Shown here: positions 18,182 through 27,362 of the stretch, in pieces | How positions within the stretch are numbered: position 1 is the first letter of the stretch | Layout of the letters: every line of letters begins with the position of its first letter | Sequence record: JN849462.1 | DNA: 64,000 nt | Direction: 5' to 3' (one strand) | Made by a program: the position numbers and the translations under genes | The notes under the pieces: model-generated | The model's input: only the letters and a program-made list of their open reading frames with translations | What the model was told of the DNA's origin: nothing | The model's database searches: none

Positions 18182-19081
18182 ATGAAAAACTACTTGCAAC
18201 TATGTACTGAAATTCTCAACGAAGGTGATTTTCTTGAGAATCGAACAGGCACAAACACTGTTAGCGTGATTTCGCGTGAGCTTCGCTGGGATTTATCGAA
18301 AGGTTTCCCGTTACTGACGACTAAGAAAATGGCAACTAAAGCCATCTTCGGTGAACTTCTATGGTTCTTGAGTGGTTCGGGACTGATCAGCGACTTGCGC
18401 AAATACACTGAGCTTTCAGACGAAGATTTCTGCATTTGGCAGCAAAATCTCGACGAGCTAAACGAGCGTGCAAAGAAAGCAGGTATTGTTCGAAATGAAG
18501 ACGATCTCGGTTATGTTTACGGTAAAGTATGGCGTAAGCGTCTATCTGTGACTGCTGACAAAGAAGTGACTGAGTTCGACCAGATTCATCAATTACTGTG
18601 CGATATTGCAGCGGTTAAAGAAGACCCGACGCAAAGTGCGCAGCGTCGCATGATAGTTGAAGCATGGGACCCGTACTTCCACACTGAAAGCAACTCAGTT
18701 GACGTAGCTCTACCGCCGTGTCACTATGGCTTTCAAGTGTTTGTGCGTAATGGTAAGATCAGTCTGAAGTGGAATCAACGTTCAGTTGACACATTCTTGG
18801 GTCTGCCGTTCAATATCGCATCGTATGCACTATTGGTTCACATTCTAGCACAGCTAACTGGCTTGAAAGTAGGTGAACTGATTTTCTCTGGTGGTGATGT
18901 TCACATTTATGAAGATCACATTGTGCAGGTACTGAAACAATTGCGACGTACTCCGCGTGAGTTACCGCAAATTCAACTACCTGAATTTGATACGTTGTCA
19001 CAATTGTTGACTAAACGTGCAAGCGACTTTGTTGTGTACGACTATGATCCGTACCCAGCACTAAAAGGTAAAATGTCATGA
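18182..19081 (+). CDS. td: Thymidylate synthase (ThyA type), intronless
   Basis: NRTGT, FPLLTTKK, GELLWFL, LPPCH, QRSVD.FLGLPFNIASY, GDVHIY. Confidence 0.98.
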   Translation: MKNYLQLCTEILNEGDFLENRTGTNTVSVISRELRWDLSKGFPLLTTKKMATKAIFGELLWFLSGSGLISDLRKYTELSDEDFCIWQQNLDELNERAKKAGIVRNEDDLGYVYGKVWRKRLSVTADKEVTEFDQIHQLLCDIAAVKEDPTQSAQRRMIVEAWDPYFHTESNSVDVALPPCHYGFQVFVRNGKISLKWNQRSVDTFLGLPFNIASYALLVHILAQLTGLKVGELIFSGGDVHIYEDHIVQVLKQLRRTPRELPQIQLPEFDTLSQLLTKRASDFVVYDYDPYPALKGKMS

Positions 19082-19272
19082 TCAGCAAAACCGATTATTT
19101 TGAACTGAAAACAGGTACGCCAATCATCGTGATTGAGCGCATTGACACAATCGACGGTGAGCTTCTAAAGCTCCCGTTCAGTAAAGTTGTTGCCGCAGAT
19201 GATCCGAATATCAGCGAATCGTTAGCTGACGGTAAAATTCACTATCTTTTTGACTTCGAAATAGGTGAGTAA
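19078..19272 (+). CDS. Hypothetical protein
   Basis: ATGA overlap with td. Confidence 0.6.
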   Translation: MISKTDYFELKTGTPIIVIERIDTIDGELLKLPFSKVVAADDPNISESLADGKIHYLFDFEIGE

Positions 19273-19274
19273 AC

Positions 19275-19481
19275 ATGAACGTTGGTGAGTTCGTAGAAGG
19301 GTTGTTGACATTAATGGTATATGGTATCATTGCAGTTTGTCTTATTCTCGTACTGTCAGTTGGCGGGCTTATCTTCGGAACGTGGCTCATCATTTCGGGT
19401 CATACAATCGCTGGGTGGGTTGTTTCTGTTGTCTCAGCGATTATTTTTGCTTTCATATGCGCATTAATGAGGAATTTGTAA
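19275..19481 (+). CDS. Small membrane protein (2 TM)
   Basis: Two long hydrophobic stretches. Confidence 0.65.
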   Translation: MNVGEFVEGLLTLMVYGIIAVCLILVLSVGGLIFGTWLIISGHTIAGWVVSVVSAIIFAFICALMRNL

Positions 19482-19771
19482 TGTCTTTACACATTTACGT
19501 AGAAGTTGACACCAACGACGGTGATTATGTCGGCGGTCTAACCGCAGCATCAAGTGAAGAAATCGAAAGATTTGAAACACTTGTTCATCTTTCGGGTGAT
19601 AGTCTAGCGAGTTGGACAGAAGGCGAATGCCAAGATCGCCCGAATTCAGAAGTATACCCGCAGTTTAGCGAAAATGACATCGAGTTCATTTTCGATAAAA
19701 TGCCTCACTGTGAATACGGCTTTCACACAGTTGAAAAAATTAAAATTGTTGATGTGTTGAATACGCTATGA
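19481..19771 (+). CDS. Acidic hypothetical protein
   Basis: TAATG-coupled start with AGGA RBS; in frame with ORF 19337. Confidence 0.7.
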   Translation: MSLHIYVEVDTNDGDYVGGLTAASSEEIERFETLVHLSGDSLASWTEGECQDRPNSEVYPQFSENDIEFIFDKMPHCEYGFHTVEKIKIVDVLNTL

Positions 19772-20088
19772 TCAATGAAATTCTAGCTTCAAGTAAGCGA
19801 ATCGACAACGGTCGAACTGTTAAAGACGTTCATATGAGCGTTGTTGAAGAAGTAGGCGAACTAGCAACTGAAGTTCGCGTCAAGTACGGCACGTCGTACA
19901 AAAACGCTGACGTTGACGGCATTCTGGGTGAAGCGGTAGACGGGATTTTGTGTCTCGTTGATCTGATTTACGTTGATAACCCGAACATCACTGAAGCTGA
20001 AATCATGAACGTTGTTCGTAACAAGCTCGCCAAATGGGAGCGCAAAGAAAACGAACACAAAACAAAATCTGAACAAATGGTGAAATAA
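19768..20088 (+). CDS. MazG-like nucleotide pyrophosphohydrolase
   Basis: VEEVGELA and GEAVD ExxE/ExxD motifs. Confidence 0.7.
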   Translation: MINEILASSKRIDNGRTVKDVHMSVVEEVGELATEVRVKYGTSYKNADVDGILGEAVDGILCLVDLIYVDNPNITEAEIMNVVRNKLAKWERKENEHKTKSEQMVK

Positions 20089-20385
20089 ATGACAAATCGT
20101 TATACATTCGAAGAAATTCTTGGTGAAGACTACGAAAACAAAGACTATCTTGACTTTCTGCTATATGGCGATGGTGACTTCTCGGGCGTAAACTTCATTG
20201 AACAAGATGGTGGTGGCGAAGGTGGTTCTGAATACTGCTACACGATTCTTGAAAAAGACGGTCGTTACTTCAAGACTGAATACAGTTACTACAGCTACCA
20301 CGGTTACGACAACTACGGTGATTCGTTCGTTGAAGTTTACCCAAAGCAAGTTACGATCACCCAATACGTGAGCACTCCTCAGTAA
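20089..20385 (+). CDS. Hypothetical acidic/Tyr-rich protein
   Basis: GGGEGGSEY motif; operon position. Confidence 0.7.
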   Translation: MTNRYTFEEILGEDYENKDYLDFLLYGDGDFSGVNFIEQDGGGEGGSEYCYTILEKDGRYFKTEYSYYSYHGYDNYGDSFVEVYPKQVTITQYVSTPQ

Positions 20386-21146
20386 TGCGTATTGTTGTCG
20401 GGTCAACTGCGTTGCATCATAATGGTATTCGACTGCGTAAGACCATTAAAGATCTAGATGTATTCGTAGACTCGCCCGACTCGGCTAACGACGGGGATGA
20501 TTTTATTGTCATGCCCGTCGAGATATTGCAGATGTTCGATGGTGATATAGCAACTGCTGACGAAATATACACGATTAAGTGCAGTCATCTTGGTTGGGAT
20601 GAGCATAAAGTCGGATATAGTCAGTTTGGTGGTTCGACATTGTGGGACAAGCATAAGCGTGATGTTATGGCGCTGTCGCGATTCTGCAAAATCAAGCCTG
20701 AGCTATACGCAGCGTTGACGAATCATTGGCGAAGAACGCTTGGCAATAAAGAGTATCTGTGCTTGAACAAAGACGCAGACGACTTCTTTAATGACAAAGT
20801 GAGATACGTATATGACCATGATGAGCTTCATCGAATGGTTGCAGCACCAAATCGCCCGTTGTATGAGAAAATTCTCAAAGACGACTGTGATGTTTTAGTC
20901 AGTAAAGAGAAGTTCGAACAATTGTCATTCGAAGACAAGATCAATTTGTTCCACGAGGAAATTTCGGTGATTGCTATTGAACGATATATTGTTCACGGTA
21001 TGATGCCGCTGAATGCGTGGAATCATGCGTTGAAGAAGACAATTACACGGCTGACCAAGAATTGGGCATGTGATTTCATTTGTGCAAACATGAGTCATTA
21101 CATGAAGCCGAAATATAATTTGAATATTCTTGAAGAAAAGGGTTGA
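20385..21146 (+). CDS. Putative Pol-beta-superfamily nucleotidyltransferase
   Basis: VVGSTA followed by KDLDVF (GS..DxD). Confidence 0.55.
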   Translation: MRIVVGSTALHHNGIRLRKTIKDLDVFVDSPDSANDGDDFIVMPVEILQMFDGDIATADEIYTIKCSHLGWDEHKVGYSQFGGSTLWDKHKRDVMALSRFCKIKPELYAALTNHWRRTLGNKEYLCLNKDADDFFNDKVRYVYDHDELHRMVAAPNRPLYEKILKDDCDVLVSKEKFEQLSFEDKINLFHEEISVIAIERYIVHGMMPLNAWNHALKKTITRLTKNWACDFICANMSHYMKPKYNLNILEEKG

Positions 21147-21218
21147 CTGCGGTCAGCCCTTTCGCGTATTATAGCTTCATCAACACGACGTTGACCAAAA
21201 CAAAGAGAGAACATTATG
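21137..21218 (+). promoter_or_regulatory. Class A terminator/promoter hairpin cassette
   Basis: aaagggTTGACT-gcg-gtcagcccttt; TATTAT 21167; catcaacacga..agagagaacattATG. Confidence 0.75.
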
Positions 21219-21545
21219 ACTGACCTAACTAAATTCGACATCAAATTTGCTGAAATCAAAGTCGTTTATTCTATGCGTGCAGAACACCAAAAAGTAGCAA
21301 TGCGCCTTGAAGACGGTACAATCATGCTGCATGAAGTGCTTTTCATGGATGCGAAAGGTTCATATTGTGAAAGTCGCAAACTGTGGAGCACTACAGTTGA
21401 AAAGGCATGTGCATGGCCAGGTTATGAGTCAGCGCAGCTTATTGACAAAATCAAAGCAGCGGGTAAAGTGTCACTTAAACACTGGCGCGCAGCATCAAAC
21501 GGCGACTACGAAATCTTTCGCCTTATCGAATCATTTGAGGGTTAA
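21216..21545 (+). CDS. Early hypothetical protein
   Basis: Follows class A cassette. Confidence 0.75.
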   Translation: MTDLTKFDIKFAEIKVVYSMRAEHQKVAMRLEDGTIMLHEVLFMDAKGSYCESRKLWSTTVEKACAWPGYESAQLIDKIKAAGKVSLKHWRAASNGDYEIFRLIESFEG

Positions 21546-21547
21546 TC

Positions 21548-21949
21548 ATGTCAGAAGTTTACCAAATGTGGGAAAAGAAAATCCAACGCCTTGACGAAAT
21601 GCACAAGAAAATCTACGACATGGGTCAACTTGCTGCTGGTGATGAAGGCAAGTATATTTTCAAGACTGAAATGAAGCGTGAACATCTATCACGCGAGATT
21701 TCACATGAAATTGACCATAAAGGTCTAGATCTACACCATCTTATGTACAAAGGTTTGCATGAGACAGCACGTGAATATCAAAGTGCAATCATGATTTTCT
21801 GCAAAGAAATGCCTCTTGAACAGCGTAGAGAACTGTTTGACAAGATTCGCGCTGTGTTCAATATTGATGCTTACACCGACGAAGCATGGGAAGGCGTTCT
21901 TAAACGTTTTAAAGATTCACTGTTAAGCCAAGGTATGATTGAGGAGTAA
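21548..21949 (+). CDS. Hypothetical protein
   Basis: GAGG RBS; operon ORF. Confidence 0.7.
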   Translation: MSEVYQMWEKKIQRLDEMHKKIYDMGQLAAGDEGKYIFKTEMKREHLSREISHEIDHKGLDLHHLMYKGLHETAREYQSAIMIFCKEMPLEQRRELFDKIRAVFNIDAYTDEAWEGVLKRFKDSLLSQGMIEE

Positions 21950-21952
21950 ATT

Positions 21953-22660
21953 ATGAGCAGCTACAATGTCAAGAAAGCAGAGTGTGAAAAGCGCGGCATT
22001 GCATTCAACTTCACAGAAGAACAATGGAAAACATTACAAAATATGAAGAACGGTGGTCGTTGTGCGTACACAAACCACCCGTTTAATCCAAGCAGCAAGA
22101 AAATGCGTGCTACAGTCGAGCGCATTGATGAGTCGATGCCGTATGAACCAAAGAACTGTGTTCTTGTGACTCAGCTTGCTAACAACGTAAAGTGTAACTA
22201 CATCGAGCAGAATCAGCCCGTGAGTAAAGCAAATGCTGAAGAAGTTCATACATTGAAGCAGATTCAACGTGTGCTTGCTGATGATAAGAAAGTCAAAAGC
22301 ATTATTCAGACATATCTTGATCGCTACAAAGGTGAAGTTATTGAAACTCCGATGACTGATCTTGAGATCACCAAGCTATACGTGAAGTACGCAACTGAAG
22401 CACAGCGCAAAGGTAAGCACTTTGAAATCACGATAGGCGACTTCAAACGAACTGTATCGCGTAAACGCTGTCAGGTTAGCAAAGTACTACTGCCGAACAT
22501 GAAACAGCGCGTAGTGCGCGTTATAGACGATTCTAAGCCTATTACGTGTGACAACATTCAAGTAACTTCGCGTCAAATCGACGAAATCATGACTGCCATT
22601 GAAGAAATGGACATGACACTCGCGCAAAAACGCGCAATGATGAAATCAATTGGAGCATAA
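21953..22660 (+). CDS. Srd-like / degenerate HNH-fold protein with internal duplication
   Basis: KRGIAFNFT..CAYT..TVERIDESMPYEPKNCV..N..K, echoed by RKGKHFEIT..CQVS..VIDDSKPITCDNI. Confidence 0.5.
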   Translation: MSSYNVKKAECEKRGIAFNFTEEQWKTLQNMKNGGRCAYTNHPFNPSSKKMRATVERIDESMPYEPKNCVLVTQLANNVKCNYIEQNQPVSKANAEEVHTLKQIQRVLADDKKVKSIIQTYLDRYKGEVIETPMTDLEITKLYVKYATEAQRKGKHFEITIGDFKRTVSRKRCQVSKVLLPNMKQRVVRVIDDSKPITCDNIQVTSRQIDEIMTAIEEMDMTLAQKRAMMKSIGA

Positions 22661-22661
22661 C

Positions 22662-22922
22662 ATGAGCTATTTGTTATCAATGAACAAAGGTTGTTCAACT
22701 GTAGTAATGGTTAGTGGTGTACCGTTAGTTGTTGATCACGAGATCGAGTACGTGACGGTTGATAAAAACGGTTACGTGACGGGGTGGACTGAACGCCCTT
22801 ATTTCGACGAAGACGATAAAACGTGGTCATGTTACGAGCTATATGGTGAACAATGGCATCTTGCAACGATTGCAAATCCAACACCAGAAGCAATTGAAAC
22901 ATTAATTGAGGTATATCCATGA
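22662..22922 (+). CDS. Hypothetical protein
   Basis: GGAG RBS before ATG 22662. Confidence 0.65.
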   Translation: MSYLLSMNKGCSTVVMVSGVPLVVDHEIEYVTVDKNGYVTGWTERPYFDEDDKTWSCYELYGEQWHLATIANPTPEAIETLIEVYP

Positions 22923-23287
22923 AAACCGTAATGCAACAACTTGCAGATGAGTATCGTAACTCAGATAAAAATGATCCTGAGTTACACTGTGACATTTTTC
23001 TTTTACCCGTTAATGAAGACGGCGGGATTGATTCAGAGTATATCAAAGAGACACTTTCTGCGGTGTATGCTGAAATTCGTCGATTTACGGGAATGACTCT
23101 CACTGAAGCAAGAGAATGGTTCTCGAAACAACAATGTGAAACGTGGTTTGGTGAATCAAAAATCGTAAACGAAAAAGTTTATAAGTCGTTCTACGTGCGA
23201 TACGATATTCCTGAAGACTTATTGAAACCCGTATTCACGTCAGATTGGACACAGGGTCCGTCTGCAACATTTGAGGAAGCAATTTGA
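22919..23287 (+). CDS. Hypothetical protein
   Basis: ATGA-coupled ORF. Confidence 0.65.
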   Translation: MKTVMQQLADEYRNSDKNDPELHCDIFLLPVNEDGGIDSEYIKETLSAVYAEIRRFTGMTLTEAREWFSKQQCETWFGESKIVNEKVYKSFYVRYDIPEDLLKPVFTSDWTQGPSATFEEAI

Positions 23288-24024
23288 GAATTTTTATTTT
23301 TAGTGGTGCTGGACTTGACGCCGAATCAGGTATCAGCACGTTTCGAGACGCAAATGGTTTGTGGGAAAATCATGATATTATGCAAGTTTGCAATATCAAT
23401 ACATTCCTCAACAACTACGAGTTGACTCACAAGTTTTACAACCAACGTCGCGTGCAATTGGCAGATGTTCACCCGAACGCAGCACATTACAAAATTGCTG
23501 AACTATGCGAAAAATACGACGTTGACAATTACACTGCGAACGTTTCTGACCTATTAGAGCGTGCGGGGTGTAAAGATGTGAAGCACATTCACGGTGAATT
23601 GACCAAGATTGTGCAAGATTACACATCAAAAGACAGTACGGTCATTGACATTGGTTACAATGAATATGAACTACGCACTGGTCGACGCGATAAACCGGGC
23701 GTTGTATTCTTCAATGAAGGCGCGCCGATGTACACGCAGTTCTGGGGTGATATTGACACTCTATTGCCAAGCGACATTGCTATCGTTGTTGGTTCAACTC
23801 TCGAAATCAACCCAATCCATTGGGATTTGGCAAAAACGGGTTGTAAATTCATTTTAATTAATCCGACTGGCATTGATACAGAGAAACACACTGAATTGAA
23901 TGAAGCTATCCGAATGTGTGATATTTTCATCAACAAGCCAGCCACTGAGGCATTTGATGAAATTGACAAGCATATTGAAGAACATGTTTCTATTCACTTT
24001 CCACATGGCATCCCTTCTGTTTGA
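23284..24024 (+). CDS. Sir2/sirtuin-family NAD-dependent enzyme
   Basis: FSGAGLDAESGISTFRD, HIHG, KPGVVFFNE, VGSTL; TTG start. Confidence 0.92.
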   Translation: MRIFIFSGAGLDAESGISTFRDANGLWENHDIMQVCNINTFLNNYELTHKFYNQRRVQLADVHPNAAHYKIAELCEKYDVDNYTANVSDLLERAGCKDVKHIHGELTKIVQDYTSKDSTVIDIGYNEYELRTGRRDKPGVVFFNEGAPMYTQFWGDIDTLLPSDIAIVVGSTLEINPIHWDLAKTGCKFILINPTGIDTEKHTELNEAIRMCDIFINKPATEAFDEIDKHIEEHVSIHFPHGIPSV

Positions 24025-24187
24025 AGCAATCGGGATTATCATTAGTGCGAGTGGTGCTGCTGTTTCTTTCATATCAGCGTTTTTACTCATTCTAGATAAG
24101 TTGTATATTTTAGCAGTATGTGCGTCTATACTAGGCGCACTGTTAACGTACTGCTATGTGAAATTGAGTGAGGAACATGATGTCTAA
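24005..24187 (+). CDS. Possible small membrane protein
   Basis: Hydrophobic C-terminal half of ORF 23900 fills the gap; no clear RBS. Confidence 0.4.
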   Translation: MASLLFEAIGIIISASGAAVSFISAFLLILDKLYILAVCASILGALLTYCYVKLSEEHDV

Positions 24188-25973
24188 GCAAGACAATTTT
24201 CAAATTTTATCAGACAAACAACACGTGCTTAAACGCCCGGGCATGTACATCGGGTCAGTTGATAGAGAAGCACATGAACGTTTTGTTCTAGGCGAATACA
24301 AGCAAATCGAATATGTACCGGGTCTTGTGAAAATCATCAACGAAGTGATTGACAACTCTCTTGATGAAGCGATTCGTACGAAATTCAAATTTGCAAATGT
24401 CATCGAAGTCAAGGTCGAAGGCAATCGAATTACTATTGCAGATAACGGTCGTGGTATTCCGCAAGACAAAGTTATCGACCCGCATGGTAATGAACTTCTT
24501 CGTCCAGAAGCTGCGTGGACTCGCACAAAGGCAGGTAGCAACTTTGAAGACGACCGAACAACTGTTGGTATGAACGGGGTTGGTGCTGCATTAACTAACT
24601 ACTTCAGTCATCAATTCATCGGTAAAACGTGTGACGGTAAGAACACAGTTACCGTAAGCTGTTCGAACAACGCAGAGCGTATTTTCGTTAGAACTTCGAA
24701 AGGCGGTACACAAGGTACGTCGGTTGAATTCATCCCTGATTTCAATCGTTTTGGTGTCTTCGGTATTTCACCACAAGACGAAGAAATCATCAAAGATCGA
24801 TTAGCTGCGTTATCAGTAGCATTCCCTGAAATCACGTTCAAGTACAACGGTAAGAAGCACGCACCTACGCTGAAGCAATACGCGAAGATGTTCGGGACTG
24901 ATGTTTCATTTGAGTTTGATAACGTCGCGTTGTTTATTGCAGCGTCTGATGAATTTAGACATAATAGTTTCATCAATGGTGTGCATACTATTAATGGCGG
25001 TACGCATGTTGATTATTTCTCGAATAAATTAGCCGATGAGCTAATCCCGATGATTAAGCGCAAGCACAAAATCAACGTGCCGAAGCCACAATTGAAGAAC
25101 GGATTGACAATTGGTCTGTTTATCAGAAACTTTGTTGACCCGAAATTCGATAGTCAGACAAAAGAGCGTCTAACGAGTTCTCAAGGTGATGTGTCGCCAT
25201 ACTTGAAAGACATTTCTTACGACAAAATTGCCAAGAAGATTTTAGCTGATGATGACATCATCATGCCAATCATCGAAGCATTGCTTGCAAAGCAACATGC
25301 AGCGGAAGCACGCGAGTTAGCACGCAAGCAGAAAAAAGCACAGAACGCAAAAGTCGCAGATCACATCAAAGCAACTATGCCTGGTGGTACGTTGTTCTTG
25401 ACTGAGGGTAAGTCAGCGATTGGTTATTTGATCAAAGTTCGTGACAGTAAGAAACACGGTGGTATTCCGCTGCGTGGTAAAGTACTGAGCACATGGGGTA
25501 AACGCCCTGCTAAGATCATGGAAAACAAAGAACTGTGCGATATTATGTCAGTTCTGAACATTCAGCTTGGCAACGACGACATTCGAGACATGTATTACCA
25601 CGACATCGGAATCTTAGTGGACGCTGACGTTGATGGTAAAGGTTCGATCTTCCCGTTATTGCTTGCGTTTTTCTATAACTGGCCAGAGTTATACAAACAG
25701 AAGCGAATCAAATTCGTTCGTACGCCAGTAGTGATTGCGACTAACAAGAAAGAAACTAAATGGTTCTATTCTATTGATGAGTATCGCAAGGCTAAGCTGT
25801 CTAAAACGTGGAAGATTCGTTACATCAAGGGTTTGGGTTCATTGACTGAAAAAGAATACAAGAAAGTTATTAACGAGCCAGTTTTTGACGAGATTGTAAT
25901 TGATGACCCATCTTGTTTTGAACTACTATTCGGTGACGACACTGATAAACGTAAGGATTGGATGACCCAATGA
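24177..25973 (+). CDS. 39: Type II topoisomerase large subunit (unsplit gp39+gp60)
   Basis: RPGMYIGS, EVIDNS.D, DNGRGIP, GMNGVG, TEGKSA, PLRGK, DADVDG, YIKGLGS. Confidence 0.97.
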   Translation: MMSKQDNFQILSDKQHVLKRPGMYIGSVDREAHERFVLGEYKQIEYVPGLVKIINEVIDNSLDEAIRTKFKFANVIEVKVEGNRITIADNGRGIPQDKVIDPHGNELLRPEAAWTRTKAGSNFEDDRTTVGMNGVGAALTNYFSHQFIGKTCDGKNTVTVSCSNNAERIFVRTSKGGTQGTSVEFIPDFNRFGVFGISPQDEEIIKDRLAALSVAFPEITFKYNGKKHAPTLKQYAKMFGTDVSFEFDNVALFIAASDEFRHNSFINGVHTINGGTHVDYFSNKLADELIPMIKRKHKINVPKPQLKNGLTIGLFIRNFVDPKFDSQTKERLTSSQGDVSPYLKDISYDKIAKKILADDDIIMPIIEALLAKQHAAEARELARKQKKAQNAKVADHIKATMPGGTLFLTEGKSAIGYLIKVRDSKKHGGIPLRGKVLSTWGKRPAKIMENKELCDIMSVLNIQLGNDDIRDMYYHDIGILVDADVDGKGSIFPLLLAFFYNWPELYKQKRIKFVRTPVVIATNKKETKWFYSIDEYRKAKLSKTWKIRYIKGLGSLTEKEYKKVINEPVFDEIVIDDPSCFELLFGDDTDKRKDWMTQ

Positions 25974-26200
25974 TTACAGCAAAAGAAGCACGAGCACGCA
26001 GGAAGAAACTCCCTGCTGCTGTTGAAAAATCGCTTGAGGAACTGGATTTTGCGGTGCAATGCGCCGCTCAGTCGAAGAACCGTGTCGATTTTCGCACTGA
26101 CAAACTGACCGAAAGTGAACGCGATCAACTACGAGCTATATTGATTAGCCTCGGTTATGAAGCGTTTATTGCCGGTGAAAAACTTGAGGTAATGTGGTAA
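25970..26200 (+). CDS. Hypothetical protein (paralog family member 1)
   Basis: MITAKEARAR..GYEAF..LEVMW. Confidence 0.7.
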   Translation: MITAKEARARRKKLPAAVEKSLEELDFAVQCAAQSKNRVDFRTDKLTESERDQLRAILISLGYEAFIAGEKLEVMW

Positions 26201-26415
26201 TGAGCAATTTTCTTCGAATTCTAGAAGACATGTGTCGCGACTTTCGCGGCGAACTGAACGAAGCAGCGACTGCCGAGGTTGATTACTACCTCATTCAGAT
26301 ATATGTCGCGTTGCTTTCACTAGGCTTCGGCGTGCAGATTGCGATTTTCGTTGCATTTTATGCAATTTTTTACATCCCAATGAGTATGATCGGTCGAGTG
26401 GTAGGTATTAAATAA
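26200..26415 (+). CDS. Small membrane protein
   Basis: TAATG start; C-terminal hydrophobic segment. Confidence 0.6.
   Translation: MSNFLRILEDMCRDFRGELNEAATAEVDYYLIQIYVALLSLGFGVQIAIFVAFYAIFYIPMSMIGRVVGIK
26407..26414 (+). promoter_or_regulatory. Late-promoter-like ATTAAATA
   Basis: gtATTAAATA, identical 10-mer at 28264. Confidence 0.5.
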
Positions 26416-26432
26416 GAGACGGAGGTGGCACT

Positions 26433-26699
26433 ATGCTAAAGTCTTTTATTGAAATATCACTGAACGAAATGACATACCAAGAGTTGCGTGATCTCACGAT
26501 CAATGAGATTCACGCGCTCGTTAAGAAGCTGAAGAAACAGCTTCCGAAGAAGTACAAAGACATTATCGACGAACTAGAACCAGACATGTATGAAGATCTG
26601 ATTGCAGAAATCGCATATGATGGTGGGTTAAAAGGTAAGAAATTTGTCAACTTAAAAATCCCGAAGCGAATCTTAGATAGGTACGCTGACTACTTCTGA
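26433..26699 (+). CDS. Candidate small internal head protein
   Basis: MLKSFIEISLNE CTS-like N-terminus; late-like promoter; GGAGG RBS. Confidence 0.55.
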   Translation: MLKSFIEISLNEMTYQELRDLTINEIHALVKKLKKQLPKKYKDIIDELEPDMYEDLIAEIAYDGGLKGKKFVNLKIPKRILDRYADYF

Positions 26700-26709
26700 G
26701 AGAAATATT

Positions 26710-27102
26710 ATGTTTGATGCTGCTAGTATGCGGGCCCGTTATAAGCCGAAACAACCGTCCGACCTTCAGATGCAGAAAATCGAAGAATTTCAAGATTTTT
26801 TGTATAACACTCTGCAATCAATTGATAAAATAGCTGATACGGAACTTGAGATAAAAGTCGGCGTGAAAGCTGAATTTTATGAATCAGCGGTTGTGCAATT
26901 TGAGAAATTAGGTTACAATATCAGAGCAGTGAAGAAGACATTCGATATTGAAAATCGAATCAATCCTCACGAGCCGCCAGAAATCGGTTACTTAAAGTAC
27001 GAAACTCACAGTTTAGCACTTGCTTATGTGAATCGTATGTTGAGAGAACGCGGTTCTGAACACATGATATTGACGATAATTGATTGGAGACGTAAGGCAT
27101 GA
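26710..27102 (+). CDS. Hypothetical protein (possible paralog family member 2)
   Basis: MFDAASMRAR..LGYNI..IIDW. Confidence 0.65.
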   Translation: MFDAASMRARYKPKQPSDLQMQKIEEFQDFLYNTLQSIDKIADTELEIKVGVKAEFYESAVVQFEKLGYNIRAVKKTFDIENRINPHEPPEIGYLKYETHSLALAYVNRMLRERGSEHMILTIIDWRRKA

Positions 27103-27362
27103 TTATGAAAGCCGAAGAAGCACGAGCACGCAGCATCAAAGTAATGGAAGAGAAATTCCCAGTTGACGATCTAGAACATCTAGATGAGCGCATTGCACAA
27201 GCAACCGACGAAATGCGTTTTGGTATCAATATTCGAATTCGCGACGAAATGCCAGGTATCAATAGCCACAGTCTGAAACGACTATTGATTGAATATCTGC
27301 GTTTGCACAATTACAACGCATTTTATGTTGATGACATCTTGGAGATTCGATGGCAAATTTAA
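27099..27362 (+). CDS. Hypothetical protein (paralog family member 3)
   Basis: MKAEEARAR..NYNAF..LEIRW. Confidence 0.7.
   Translation: MIMKAEEARARSIKVMEEKFPVDDLEHLDERIAQATDEMRFGINIRIRDEMPGINSHSLKRLLIEYLRLHNYNAFYVDDILEIRWQI

Noticed and set aside
7583-19081. Group I introns or inteins in nrdD and td (present in T4)
   Set aside because: Both ORFs are continuous, of normal length, with motifs in order; genes 43 and 41 also show no intein-sized insertion
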